DNA of 64,000 nucleotides from an uncultured Methanosarcinaceae archaeon (GTDB lineage Archaea > Halobacteriota > Methanosarcinia > Methanosarcinales > Methanosarcinaceae): contig CAVRJG010000039.1 of assembly GCA_963721455.1 (NCBI GenBank), forward strand, positions 64,001 through 128,000, in the 5' to 3' direction. The number at the start of each line of letters is the position of its first letter. Position 1 is the first letter of the stretch. Below, in pieces: positions 31,151 through 40,821 of this stretch. The notes below the pieces were generated by a model. The model had not been told where the DNA came from. It saw only the letters and a program-made list of their open reading frames with translations, and searched no databases. The translations under genes were made by a program, and so were the position numbers.

Positions 31151-31462
31151 ATGATGGAATACATATACGCAGCTCTCTTATTGCACAATGCTGGTAAAGC
31201 AATTACTGAAGAAACAATCACTGCTGTTCTCAAAGCAGCAGGTATCGAAGTGAACGAATCCAGAGCAAAAGCCCTTGTCGCAGCCCTTGAAGGCGTAGAC
31301 ATCGAAGAAGCAATTTCAAAGGCCGCATTTGCAGCCCCTGCAGCAGCAGCCCCTGCAGCAGCCCCTGCAGCAGCAGAAGCTCCTGCTGAAGAAGTAGTAG
31401 AAGAGGAAGAAGACACCTCTGAAGAAGACGGAATGGCCGGTCTCGGTGCCCTCTTCGGATAA
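31151..31462 (+). CDS. rpl12: 50S ribosomal protein L12 (P1)
   Basis: [11 protein letters not shown], Ala/Pro hinge, acidic tail GLGALFG. Confidence 0.96.
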   Translation: MMEYIYAALLLHNAGKAITEETITAVLKAAGIEVNESRAKALVAALEGVDIEEAISKAAFAAPAAAAPAAAPAAAEAPAEEVVEEEEDTSEEDGMAGLGALFG

Positions 31463-31738
31463 ACTCAAGTAAAACTTTAATTACAGCTCGCCTCACGGCG
31501 AGCCATTCTTTTTTATATTTCATTTTACGTGTTAGTTAGAAGTTTTGGGAATTCAGACTAACCGGCTTTTCGTTAAAAATTCCCCTGATATAATTTTAGA
31601 ATTTGTTTTTCAAAACTTGTAGAGTTACATCTGTCATTCAACTTTCGAGTGCAAGAATATTATGATAAAAAAACTCATAAATAGAATGCATTTATTTATA
31701 ATGTAAAGGTTCTTTATTAAAACAGATAAACGATCTCC

Positions 31739-32731
31739 ATGTCCCGACTTGACCCCATCTTAGCTTCCAGAGCCCTCTGGCAGATCAGAGTCAGAAAGCG
31801 TCCTTTTGTCCTTTCTCACGCTGTAAATGCCCGCTGCAACATGCGCTGCACTTTTTGCGAGTACTGGAAGAAAACTGGAGAAGAACCGGCAAAAGAAGAT
31901 GTTTTTAAGCTGTTAGACGATGCAAAAGAATTCGGGATTGGAGTATACAATGCGTGGACTGTGGAACCCCTTCTCAGAAAGGACCTGCCTCAGATCATGG
32001 CTCACGCCAAAAAACTCGGGATGATAACTTCAATGGTCACAAACGGAAAGCTTCTTTACGAAAGAGCTGAAGAGCTTGGAGATGTTGATTATCTTTCGGT
32101 TTCCGTTGACGGAATAAAGAGTTATAAAGAAATCCGGCGGATGGATTTTGAAACCTTGCTGAAAGGCTTGAAAAAAGCTATTGAGGTCAGAAAAATCCAG
32201 AACAAGAAAAACCCTATCCTCATGAACTGCGTACTCACAGGGAAAAACCTGGACGATATCGAGACCCTTATTTTGCTTGCAAAAAAGCTGGGAGTAAAAG
32301 TTTCCTTCGAGCCTGTCCACGAGTTTCCAGGAATCAGTGAGGAGGTCTGGAACGAGATTGGAATCCGTGATACGGAAAAATTCCGCAGTACAGTTGACCG
32401 CATAATCGAGCTTAAAAAACAGGGGCATCCGATTATTAATTCCAAAACCTACCTCAGGATGGTCAGAGACGGGGAAATGGACTACAGGTGCAGAGCCAGC
32501 GGGATTATTATGAATGTAACGCATGACGGCACTGTGGAAACATGCCGCGCGCAGAACGAGCCTCTCGGAAACGTGATATGGGATGGCTTTGAGAGTGTCT
32601 GGGAAAACTCGGAAGAGCACAGAAAAGAAATTGTACATAACTGTAAAGGCTGCCTCTTTTTCGGGTATACGGAAAACAGCTTGATGCAGAGTTTTAACCC
32701 CGAAGTTTTGATGAATTACGAGTGGATGTAA
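31739..32731 (+). CDS. Radical SAM protein with C-terminal SPASM/Twitch-like Cys cluster, function unknown
   Basis: CNMRCTFC motif; EPLLR, TNG, VSVDG; C..G....DG.V..C and CKGC. Confidence 0.88.
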   Translation: MSRLDPILASRALWQIRVRKRPFVLSHAVNARCNMRCTFCEYWKKTGEEPAKEDVFKLLDDAKEFGIGVYNAWTVEPLLRKDLPQIMAHAKKLGMITSMVTNGKLLYERAEELGDVDYLSVSVDGIKSYKEIRRMDFETLLKGLKKAIEVRKIQNKKNPILMNCVLTGKNLDDIETLILLAKKLGVKVSFEPVHEFPGISEEVWNEIGIRDTEKFRSTVDRIIELKKQGHPIINSKTYLRMVRDGEMDYRCRASGIIMNVTHDGTVETCRAQNEPLGNVIWDGFESVWENSEEHRKEIVHNCKGCLFFGYTENSLMQSFNPEVLMNYEWM

Positions 32732-32734
32732 GAC

Positions 32735-32835
32735 CGACTTGCAATTCCCTACTTGCACATCCCGAATTGCGCCTCGGGAGTACGCGGTCGTTTCGTTCGC
32801 TTCGCTCGCTCAAGCGGACTAACTTATGGGAAGTA
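32735..32835. repeat. GC-rich palindromic intergenic element (probable dispersed REP/MITE-like repeat)
   Basis: TCCCGA..TCGGGA hairpin followed by CGTTCGCTTCGCTCGCTCAAGCGGAC, between convergent genes in an otherwise AT-rich spacer. Only one copy in the window; similarity to a Methanosarcina repeat is from memory. Confidence 0.45.
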
Positions 32836-32931
32836 ATTTATGTGAAGTAATGTTGTTTTTCACTCGAGGGGACTAATTTAAAGATTACTGCTTTTCTACC
32901 TGATTACTCATTGGGATTCCAGAAGGATTCT

Positions 32932-34411
32932 TTAACTGGGGTTCCGCTTAACCAGCATTCTTAAGGCTTCGGCTGTAGCCCACCGGACTTCAAGGTCAGG
33001 GTCGTTTAAGTTTTTGACAAGAGGAGCTGTTGCTTTTTGATCTCCGATTTTCCCGAGTGCGTCTGCGGCATACCGCCTGACCCAGGGGTTGCTGTCGTCC
33101 AGAATTCCAAGAAGAGGCTCGACCACCCTTAGACTGCCTATACTGCCAAGGGCATAAACTACAGTGATCCGAAGTTCAGAATCTTCTTCTGCCAGCATTC
33201 CTGCAAGAGCATCTACTGCTTTATCAGTTCTGAGAATTCCCAGTGAATATGCAGCAGCATTTCTTACTTCGGGATTTTTGTCTTCCAGGTATCTGAGAAG
33301 AGGGTCTACTGACCGTAAATCCCCCAGTTTTCCAAGGGATTCGGCGGCGCACTTTCGAATTTCGGGGTCCTTATTTTCCAGTTTGCGGATAAGAGCCTCA
33401 ACTGCTTTTTTGCCTCCGATTTTCCCGATAGCTAATCATCTGCTTCTGAAGTTCCTGGGTGCTCTTATCCAGTTTTACAATAAGTACTTCTTCAGCCCTT
33501 TCATCACCCAGGATTCCCAGTGAACGGGCTGCGGCTATTCTGGCCTCAGGGACTTTATCTTCAAGGCTTTAAATAAGAGGTTCAATTGCCCGCTTATCTT
33601 TGAGGTTTCCAAGAATCTCTATAGCACAGGTCCTGAATGCAGGGTCTTTGTCTTCTGCCAGCCATTTAATTAGCGGTTTTACTGTACATTCGGCTCCTAT
33701 CTTTCCGAGGGCTCTGACTGCAGTGATTCTTACACCTGAATTGTGATCCTCAAGTAGCCCGATAAGCGCGTCCCCTGCTTTCAGGTCCCTCATCTGTCCC
33801 AGGGCTTCGGCTGCAATTGCCCTGACTTCAGGATTTTCGTCATCCAGGACCTTAATGCAGAATCCGTATCTTTTCCGTTTTGGCTCATTGGGCTTGCAGG
33901 ATTCCCTTCCTGCCCTCTAAGAAGATTTGAAATCTCGGAATACTTTTCCGATGAGGTCTTTAAACCCGAAACATCGCTTAACAGGTTCATAGAAGAATAA
34001 ACAATGGCTAAAAGGGATAGAACCATTGAAACGAGAGAAGAAAATAACATAAATTTCATTTTAGTTTCGGAAAAAGCGCCCAGGCTAAAAACAATCAATA
34101 TCAGTCCATTAAAATAGATCGTGCCTGCTGCCGTATAGGACACGATTTTCAGGGGGGACTTTATCCGGTTTGCAATTGAGTTGATGCTGTCCCTGTTGTT
34201 CTGCAGAGATAACACGAAAATGGCAATAAATACGGCATATAATGCGGCTACTGATTGCATTACTGCAGAGGGAAGCCAGAAAGTGCCCGCAGCACTCGCA
34301 GCGGAATTGCCTGTACTTTCATTCCCTAAAAGGGTAAAAAAACTCAAAAATAGCCAGAGCAAAGAAAAAGAAAACTTCCAGCTTATAAGTTTTCAGGTCA
34401 GTAGGTTTCAT
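32932..34411 (-). pseudogene. Membrane-anchored HEAT/PBS-lyase repeat protein, fragmented
   Basis: N-terminal TM region (33790-34362) followed by repeats such as VRITAVRALGKIG, IRKCAAESLGKLG and VRRYAADALGKIG, distributed over several frames by multiple frameshifts. Confidence 0.85.
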
Positions 34412-34585
34412 TTTTAACAGGTTGCTTGTACTCAGAGAATTATATAAAAATTCCGCTGAACCAAACCCTGGCTGACTTCTGGGAAATAACGGTAATTAAC
34501 CTCTGCTAAAAGTAAAGCCGGAAAGTGACGGTAGAACAGGTATCAATCCCGCTTAATAGATATTTCAAGTCTGATGCACGGCTTT

Positions 34586-35374
34586 TTACATAATTTTTAT
34601 TGCCACCTGATCCCCGTTTTTAAGCCCGAACTGAAGCGCAGCATCTCCTTTGTTTACCGCAATCTCCAGAAAACCGTGACTGCCTATAAGGGCAAGAGGT
34701 TCTTCCTGCCCGACAAAACCGTAAGTTTGAACAAAGGAAACTCTTCTGCCGTTTACTTCCACATGCGAGCCAAAGGTAGAGAATTTCAAAATCACATCTT
34801 CCGGGATATTGGTGATTACGTTTCCGAAGCTGTCTGCAAAGATAACCTCCCCCATAAGAAAAGGCCCGTCAATTCCGAAATTTCCGAAGTCAAGGTCACC
34901 GAAATCCGAGACTTTCTGCCCGACAGCCTCGATAGATGTGCCCTTTGAGAGGTGGGCCCCTACAGGTGCAAAGATGTCCCTGCCGTGGAAGGTTGCAGAA
35001 ATTCCTGATTTAAGCATAAGGTCCGGGTTTGTGATTTCATATACTTCCATTTCCCCAAGGCGGCGGGCGGCAGGAATCAGGAGCCCGTTGTCAGGACCTA
35101 CGAAAAACTGCTCCTTCCCCGCACTGCCTGCTATTACGGCAAGAGCGCGGCGGGAAGTTCCGACTCCAGGATCTACAACTCCAACATGCACAGTTCCCTG
35201 AGGAAAATAAGGGACAAGGGAATAGAGAGCAAAAGCCCCTTCCCGGACTCCTGCCCGCTGCACAGAATGGGTTACATCGATAATCTGCACACCCGGATTA
35301 ATTGCCAGAATCACGGCTTTCATGACTGCGGGATAAAGGTCTCCGAAATCGGTAGTCAGGGAAATGAAGGGCAT
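34586..35374 (-). CDS. SAM hydroxide adenosyltransferase (DUF62; chlorinase/fluorinase family)
   Basis: LTTDFG, VVDPGVG..R, GPDNGL, SATFHGRDIFAP, DSFGN, LEIAVN. Confidence 0.92.
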   Translation of the reverse strand: MPFISLTTDFGDLYPAVMKAVILAINPGVQIIDVTHSVQRAGVREGAFALYSLVPYFPQGTVHVGVVDPGVGTSRRALAVIAGSAGKEQFFVGPDNGLLIPAARRLGEMEVYEITNPDLMLKSGISATFHGRDIFAPVGAHLSKGTSIEAVGQKVSDFGDLDFGNFGIDGPFLMGEVIFADSFGNVITNIPEDVILKFSTFGSHVEVNGRRVSFVQTYGFVGQEEPLALIGSHGFLEIAVNKGDAALQFGLKNGDQVAIKIM

Positions 35375-35494
35375 AAATATCACTCGGTTTTTGTTCTATT
35401 TTATAGTATGCAGGTCTGGAAAATTATATTAAGATGTGAGTAAGTACATGCCGACATTAGAAATGTAGAAAAAAATTAAAGAAGCATCGAGAAA

Positions 35495-36985
35495 ATGAAA
35501 CATACAAAAATATTATTTATACTGATTCTCATAAGCCTGGCTCTTCTTGCATCGGGCTGCGAGGAAAAAATGAGTGCAGAAGAGATTGCAGCGAAAATGC
35601 AGGAAAAAGAAGCCAGCCTTGAAGATTACTCTGGCACAATACATACGACAACATACCTCAACGGGGAAAAAGATCTGGAAGAGGAAATCCAGATAACATA
35701 TAAAAAACCTAACCTGATGAAGACGCTTGGTGTGGAGGAAGGAAAAGAAGTCGAATCTGTCTCGGACGGAGAGTTCGTATGGAGCTACGAAGCTGGAACA
35801 AATACGGTCACGAAAATAAAATTGCCCGAGGAACCGCTCTTAACAGAAAAAGATTTTGTCAGTATTATAGGTAATTTACTGAATGGAAGCGAGGTTTCCA
35901 TGCTCGGAGTTGAAGAGGTGGACGGAAGAAGCGCATATGTCCTTGAAGCCAGACCAAAAGCCAAAGGGAACGGCTGGTCAGAGCTAGCTTCCCGAACAAA
36001 AGTATGGATTGACAAAGAGACATGGATGGTACTCAAGTCCAGTATGTATGACAATAAGGGAAACCTGACAGTGGACGTGGAAATACGCGACCTGAAAGCA
36101 AATACCGGAATTCCGGATTCGGAGTTCAAATTTGAGATTCCTGAAGGCGCAGAGGTAAAAACCGTGGATCTGGATGAAGAACTCAAAATTCCCGAAAGCC
36201 TGAGCCTTGAAGAGGCCAGACAGCAAGCCAGTTTTGAGATCCTTACCCCGGAATATATACCGGACGGCTATGTGCTTAACTCCACAACAATATACAAAGA
36301 CAATGATACAGCCTCTGAAGGTCAGGACTCCGAAACTGTATTTCTTAGCTACCAGAAAGGAACTGAAAACTTCGAGATAATGGAAACCGTTTATGAAAAC
36401 GAGCCTGAAGAGGATACGTCCATGCTGGAAGGCGAAGAAGTCAGCATTAACGGAAAGGAGGCATACCTTAATGAATTCGGAGACGTCAAGATGTTGCAGT
36501 GGAAACTTGGAGGAGTGGAAATAGGGCTTATAGGCTCTCTTGAAAAAGCCGAGATGCTGAAAATTGCAGAATCCTTACAGGAACCCTTTACCGAATTCTA
36601 TATCCTGGGACGTGAAGGTACGGCTGAGAACTATCCGACCGACTATGTACTCGGGGAGGACGGGACCGTAATAGTGGGGATTATAAACCATGAGCAGAAG
36701 CCCGTAAACTATACAATGGAAGTCAGGCTTGAAAATACGCCTCTGCCTTTACCGGCTGACTGGAAAAATATATGCATCGAAAACAACGAGACCCTGGAAA
36801 AAGCCGTTACCATAACTCCTCCCTTTGAGGGAACGGACATGATGCTTGGATTTTCTCTCTATAATGAAGACGAGAAGAACGTACTTGAAGGGGGCATCTG
36901 CGTGCCTTATAGAGACCTTCATCTACGGATAAATGTATCTAAGAACATCTCTGAGAACGTTTCAACTCCGTTAACTGCAATATAA
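35495..36985 (+). CDS. Exported lipoprotein: LolA-like/DUF2092 domain + DUF4367-like domain + C-terminal DUF1616-like domain
   Basis: LASGC lipobox; VSDGEFVWSY, KVWIDKETW, NTGIPDSEFKFEIPEGA; PEYIPDGY; EPFTEFYILG..AENYP..VGIINHE..YRDLHL. Confidence 0.78.
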   Translation: MKHTKILFILILISLALLASGCEEKMSAEEIAAKMQEKEASLEDYSGTIHTTTYLNGEKDLEEEIQITYKKPNLMKTLGVEEGKEVESVSDGEFVWSYEAGTNTVTKIKLPEEPLLTEKDFVSIIGNLLNGSEVSMLGVEEVDGRSAYVLEARPKAKGNGWSELASRTKVWIDKETWMVLKSSMYDNKGNLTVDVEIRDLKANTGIPDSEFKFEIPEGAEVKTVDLDEELKIPESLSLEEARQQASFEILTPEYIPDGYVLNSTTIYKDNDTASEGQDSETVFLSYQKGTENFEIMETVYENEPEEDTSMLEGEEVSINGKEAYLNEFGDVKMLQWKLGGVEIGLIGSLEKAEMLKIAESLQEPFTEFYILGREGTAENYPTDYVLGEDGTVIVGIINHEQKPVNYTMEVRLENTPLPLPADWKNICIENNETLEKAVTITPPFEGTDMMLGFSLYNEDEKNVLEGGICVPYRDLHLRINVSKNISENVSTPLTAI

Positions 36986-37088
36986 GCAACTGAGCTGAGA
37001 TTCAGCACTGGACCCTGCCTTTCTCAAAAAAGCTGAAATAATTAAAATCGCGAAATCGATATCCGGGAAATGGGAAAGTTCCCCTGTT

Positions 37089-37832
37089 TCAGCGAGACCT
37101 GAGAGCACAGGGTCCTGTTGCACATTTACCGCAGGCAAGCTGATTGATTTCGGGAAAAGCTTTTGCATTATCCTGAAGCAGCCTGAAACATTTTTCCTTA
37201 TCAACTCCTTTTGCATTAAGAGCACCAGCCGGGCACCTGTCCACACAGACAAGGCATTTCTCTCCTTTTTTGTAGCGGCAGAATTCTTCGGTCGGACGCG
37301 GGGTGGGAGAAATTGCTGCGGAAATAAGTATTGTCCCAAAACGACCTGCACATCCGGCTTTCGTGATCAGCATTTGGTGGACTCCGAAAGTGCCAAGCCC
37401 GGCAGCATAAGCTGCACTTCTCTGGGACCATGAAACGTCAAAACCCTTACTCTTGTAATCGAAAACAATCTCAGGCACAACTGTCGAGATCCCTTCTTTT
37501 GCAAGCTCGGCTTTGAGCGTTTCATTGATTTTCGTGATCAATCGATCTGTTTCACCCTTAGCCTGAATCCATTCTTTTACCGGATCCGGGGATTTCCAGT
37601 TTAGTTTCACAAGTTCTTTTTCAAAAGGCAGGAAGAAGGAAACAACAGTTTTTACTTCGGAAAAGATCTCTTTCGGGTGCAGGTGATAAGGGCCAATGAT
37701 TCTCTTCATTTCATCAAAAATGGGGTCGCTGGCTGAGGCATAGCCTACGAGAGGTTCACGATATCGAGTCTCAGTGCCGGGATTTGCGGCGGCTTCTTTG
37801 ATAATACTCTCGATTTTATTTTTAAGCTCCAT
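37089..37832 (-). CDS. QueG/epoxyqueuosine-reductase-like Fe-S protein
   Basis: WSQRSAAYAAGLGTFG, GCAGRFG, C..C..RCP.GAL, CGKC.TGPC. Confidence 0.8.
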   Translation of the reverse strand: MELKNKIESIIKEAAANPGTETRYREPLVGYASASDPIFDEMKRIIGPYHLHPKEIFSEVKTVVSFFLPFEKELVKLNWKSPDPVKEWIQAKGETDRLITKINETLKAELAKEGISTVVPEIVFDYKSKGFDVSWSQRSAAYAAGLGTFGVHQMLITKAGCAGRFGTILISAAISPTPRPTEEFCRYKKGEKCLVCVDRCPAGALNAKGVDKEKCFRLLQDNAKAFPEINQLACGKCATGPCALRSR

Positions 37833-38082
37833 ACTGGTTCTCCCGAAAACCTGTTGTTGAGGATACAGCATTAAATAGATTCAAAACTTTTAAAATAAGA
37901 GGATTTTGAAATGATGATAGGTTCCACCGAAGTAATATTCATTCTTTCTATAATATTTTATCTTGTAGTGGCGTACTATTTTTTGAAAATAGTTTATAGA
38001 TTAAAGAAATAGTGACTGTACGCAGATGAAAATAATATCATCGAGATCTCAGGATATAGTGTATTATTAAGCCGCATACGGC

Positions 38083-38550
38083 TCATTTTTCTTCAAGATT
38101 TAATAAGAATGCCTTTACATCCAGACCCGAAGCATAGCCGGTAAGTTTCCCATTTGCCCCGATAACCCTGTGGCAGGGAACAATTATCGCAATTGGATTC
38201 CGGTTATTCGCAAGCCCCACCGCCCTATAAGCCTTTGGTTTCCCGATAGATACGGCTATATCTTTATAAGTTCGGGTTTCCCCGTAAGGTATTTCGCACA
38301 AAGCTTTCCAGACGGATTTCTGGAAAATCGTTCCCTCGGGAGCCAGTTTGAGATCGAAGGATTCAAGTTCCCCGGAAAAATAAGCTTCAAGCTGCCTGGC
38401 CGCTTCCCTGAAAAAATCTTTGTCTTCTACCCAGCCATCTGGGACTTCTACTTTCTTCTCGCCTTTCAGGAAGATAAGACGCTTCAGCCCTTCTTCATTC
38501 CCTGCCAGAAGAATGGGACAGATTGGGGATTCGATTATATCATAATACAC
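38083..38550 (-). CDS. ogt: Methylated-DNA--protein-cysteine methyltransferase
   Basis: IPYGETRTY, RAVG, IIVPCHRVIG active site; GTG start after AGGAG. Confidence 0.95.
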   Translation of the reverse strand: MYYDIIESPICPILLAGNEEGLKRLIFLKGEKKVEVPDGWVEDKDFFREAARQLEAYFSGELESFDLKLAPEGTIFQKSVWKALCEIPYGETRTYKDIAVSIGKPKAYRAVGLANNRNPIAIIVPCHRVIGANGKLTGYASGLDVKAFLLNLEEK

Positions 38551-38760
38551 TTTTTTTGTCTCCTGTAGCAGTTGCAAATAGTTGTATCGCTTCTGGTAGA
38601 AATGTTTATTCAATGATGCAGCAAAGGACGCTGGTTGAACTTAAGGCCTGGTTTGAGAAGTGGAAAAAAGCCTGCTCCGGGTAAAAAGAAAAGAAATTGA
38701 AGGCTGAGGGCACTTAAGGCCCGCAAGCAGCCTCAAACGTTTCAGCTAAAACATTTAAAT

Positions 38761-40821
38761 TCATTTGATTTTACATTCACTGTTCCAGAAAGGTCCCGAA
38801 TAAATATTCAGGCTTCCCACGGCAGAATCAAACGCATGCCCATTCTTGTCTTTTTCAAGTTCATTCAATTCCTGAATCCTCAACTCCACGACGTCCATTG
38901 CATCTTCAAAGAGCTGCCTGTTGATTTCGATTCCGAAATACTTTTTGAGTTTTTCTTCAGGCGGCATTGTCGAACCTGCCGATAGGTAGGCGACGTAGTT
39001 TTCGTTGAAGGTGTCAGGATCTTCCCTGTACTGTTTGAAAAGGGAGAGAGTTATTGCCTTTGAAACCGCGTAGTTGAAGGTATAGTAGTTGTTTGTGAGG
39101 TAAATATGGTTAATGTAGGTCCATTCAGCGGAGTCGTCGGGATAATATTCAACAGAGTCACTCCTGTATTCATTTGAGAGGTCTGTCCAGAGAGCATTGA
39201 GTTCGGCTCCGCTTGCAGTCCCGTTTTCAGCGCATAGCTGGTGTGCTTTGTACTCGAATTCCGTAATCAGGGGCTGGAAGCCGAAGTAGTTCTGGTATTC
39301 CCCTATATGCTGGGAAAGTACCGCAACTGCGGTTTCCTTATCGGAGTTTTCGACCACATAATCAACAAAGAGTTCTTCATTGAAAGTTGAAGGAATCTCC
39401 ATTTCGTATATCGGACCGGAGCAGTAGAAGTAATCCACTGAGTTGCCCATCAGGTAGAAATGGGCGCCATGCCCCAGTTCATGAGTAAGGGCCTTCTGGT
39501 CGCTGATAATCCCATTGTAGTTCATAAAGACAAGGGATGGAGCCTTCAGAGCACAGAGCCCGTAACAATAACCCCCGGGCTGTTTCCCGTTTTCAGGGTC
39601 AGGATATACGTCTATGAAATTGCCATTTACCATCTTTAAAAAGATTTCATTGAAACTGGAGTTCATCCCGGAGTAGGATTTCTGGATATCCTGCAAAGCA
39701 TCCACATAAGTATACTCTTTTCCAGGTTGATCCGTCAACTGCAGCAGGAGGTCGTATGGCTTGAGAGTTTCGAGCCCTAGCTTTTCTCTCCGGAACTCAT
39801 TATAGTCTTCAAATACGGATTTTTTTTCCTTGAAAACCGTATTCATATCATCAATCTGGGTTCTGTTGAGATAAAGTCCGTAGAGGCAGGAGTCATAAGA
39901 ATCCGTGTAGTTCAACTGCCTGGCAGCAAGGTCGTCAAGCCGGGCTTTTTCGGAATAGAGGGAGGCCATCGAATCAGACTCGTTGATCAGGTGGTCAAAT
40001 CTCTGATCATAACATCTTTTCCTGTTTTCCCGGCTCTGGCCTGTTGAAAGCAAAGTGTAGTAGGACTGGGAATTGACTGAAAATTCCTCCCCGTTCTCAA
40101 GCGTTATGTTTCCTGCCATCGTGACGTTGTTCGTAATCTCCGAAAACGCCTCAGTCTCCAGTTTCATGCGCTGATTTTCAATATCTGCAAGATATACAGC
40201 CTGGGACTCATTCATTGGCCTGTGATCTGCAAACCTCATATAGGTAGCTTCAAAATAGGGTATATATACCTCCAGTTTGGGCTCTTCAGAAAAGAGCCTT
40301 TCCCACTCCCCCTTATTGAGCGAGGTCAACTTTACGGTTGCAAATGCGGTGGCTTTCCCATGTTCAGTAACCAGATCTTGAGAGTCAGCAAGAAGAGAAG
40401 CGAGGAACTGATCATTCACATTTTTACTTAGCTGAGTATATGCGTAAATGTACAGAATCTCAAAAGATCTTGAAAATTCCTTTTGAGCTTCCATATAATC
40501 CAGTAAAACAGGCCCGGACAGGTTCTCAAATTCCGGACGGAAAGTTGCGTTCATTTCTTCGGATCTATTTTTTAATACCTTAAGCTCTTCTGAGGCATCT
40601 TCCCTGCTGCTGAAGAGATACAAATCATTCCATTCAGTAGTAACCTCATCGGGATTAAGCTTTTCAAATGTGTATTCTTCGTTTATGATTTCAGAAGGGC
40701 CACCTGACGCCGCAGATGCCCCACATTCTGAAAAAACCGAAAAGAACATAAATACCCCGAGAGTGATAAGTCCTTTAACTATTCCGAGAGCAACAAGCCC
40801 TTTAACTGATTTTAGTCTCAT
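38761..40821 (-). CDS. pepF: Secreted oligoendopeptidase F (M3B family)
   Basis: N-terminal signal-like segment; WNDLY, PYDL, GKQPGGY, HELGH Zn motif, EIPSTFNE, YYTFNYA. Confidence 0.88.
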   Translation of the reverse strand: MRLKSVKGLVALGIVKGLITLGVFMFFSVFSECGASAASGGPSEIINEEYTFEKLNPDEVTTEWNDLYLFSSREDASEELKVLKNRSEEMNATFRPEFENLSGPVLLDYMEAQKEFSRSFEILYIYAYTQLSKNVNDQFLASLLADSQDLVTEHGKATAFATVKLTSLNKGEWERLFSEEPKLEVYIPYFEATYMRFADHRPMNESQAVYLADIENQRMKLETEAFSEITNNVTMAGNITLENGEEFSVNSQSYYTLLSTGQSRENRKRCYDQRFDHLINESDSMASLYSEKARLDDLAARQLNYTDSYDSCLYGLYLNRTQIDDMNTVFKEKKSVFEDYNEFRREKLGLETLKPYDLLLQLTDQPGKEYTYVDALQDIQKSYSGMNSSFNEIFLKMVNGNFIDVYPDPENGKQPGGYCYGLCALKAPSLVFMNYNGIISDQKALTHELGHGAHFYLMGNSVDYFYCSGPIYEMEIPSTFNEELFVDYVVENSDKETAVAVLSQHIGEYQNYFGFQPLITEFEYKAHQLCAENGTASGAELNALWTDLSNEYRSDSVEYYPDDSAEWTYINHIYLTNNYYTFNYAVSKAITLSLFKQYREDPDTFNENYVAYLSAGSTMPPEEKLKKYFGIEINRQLFEDAMDVVELRIQELNELEKDKNGHAFDSAVGSLNIYSGPFWNSECKIK

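Noticed and set aside
30740-31523. Ser/Ala/Leu-rich antisense ORFs over rpl10 and rpl12
   Set aside because: Mirror of low-complexity GCA/GAA codon runs
32030-32758. 242-aa antisense ORF within the radical SAM gene
   Set aside because: Shadow ORF with no recognisable features
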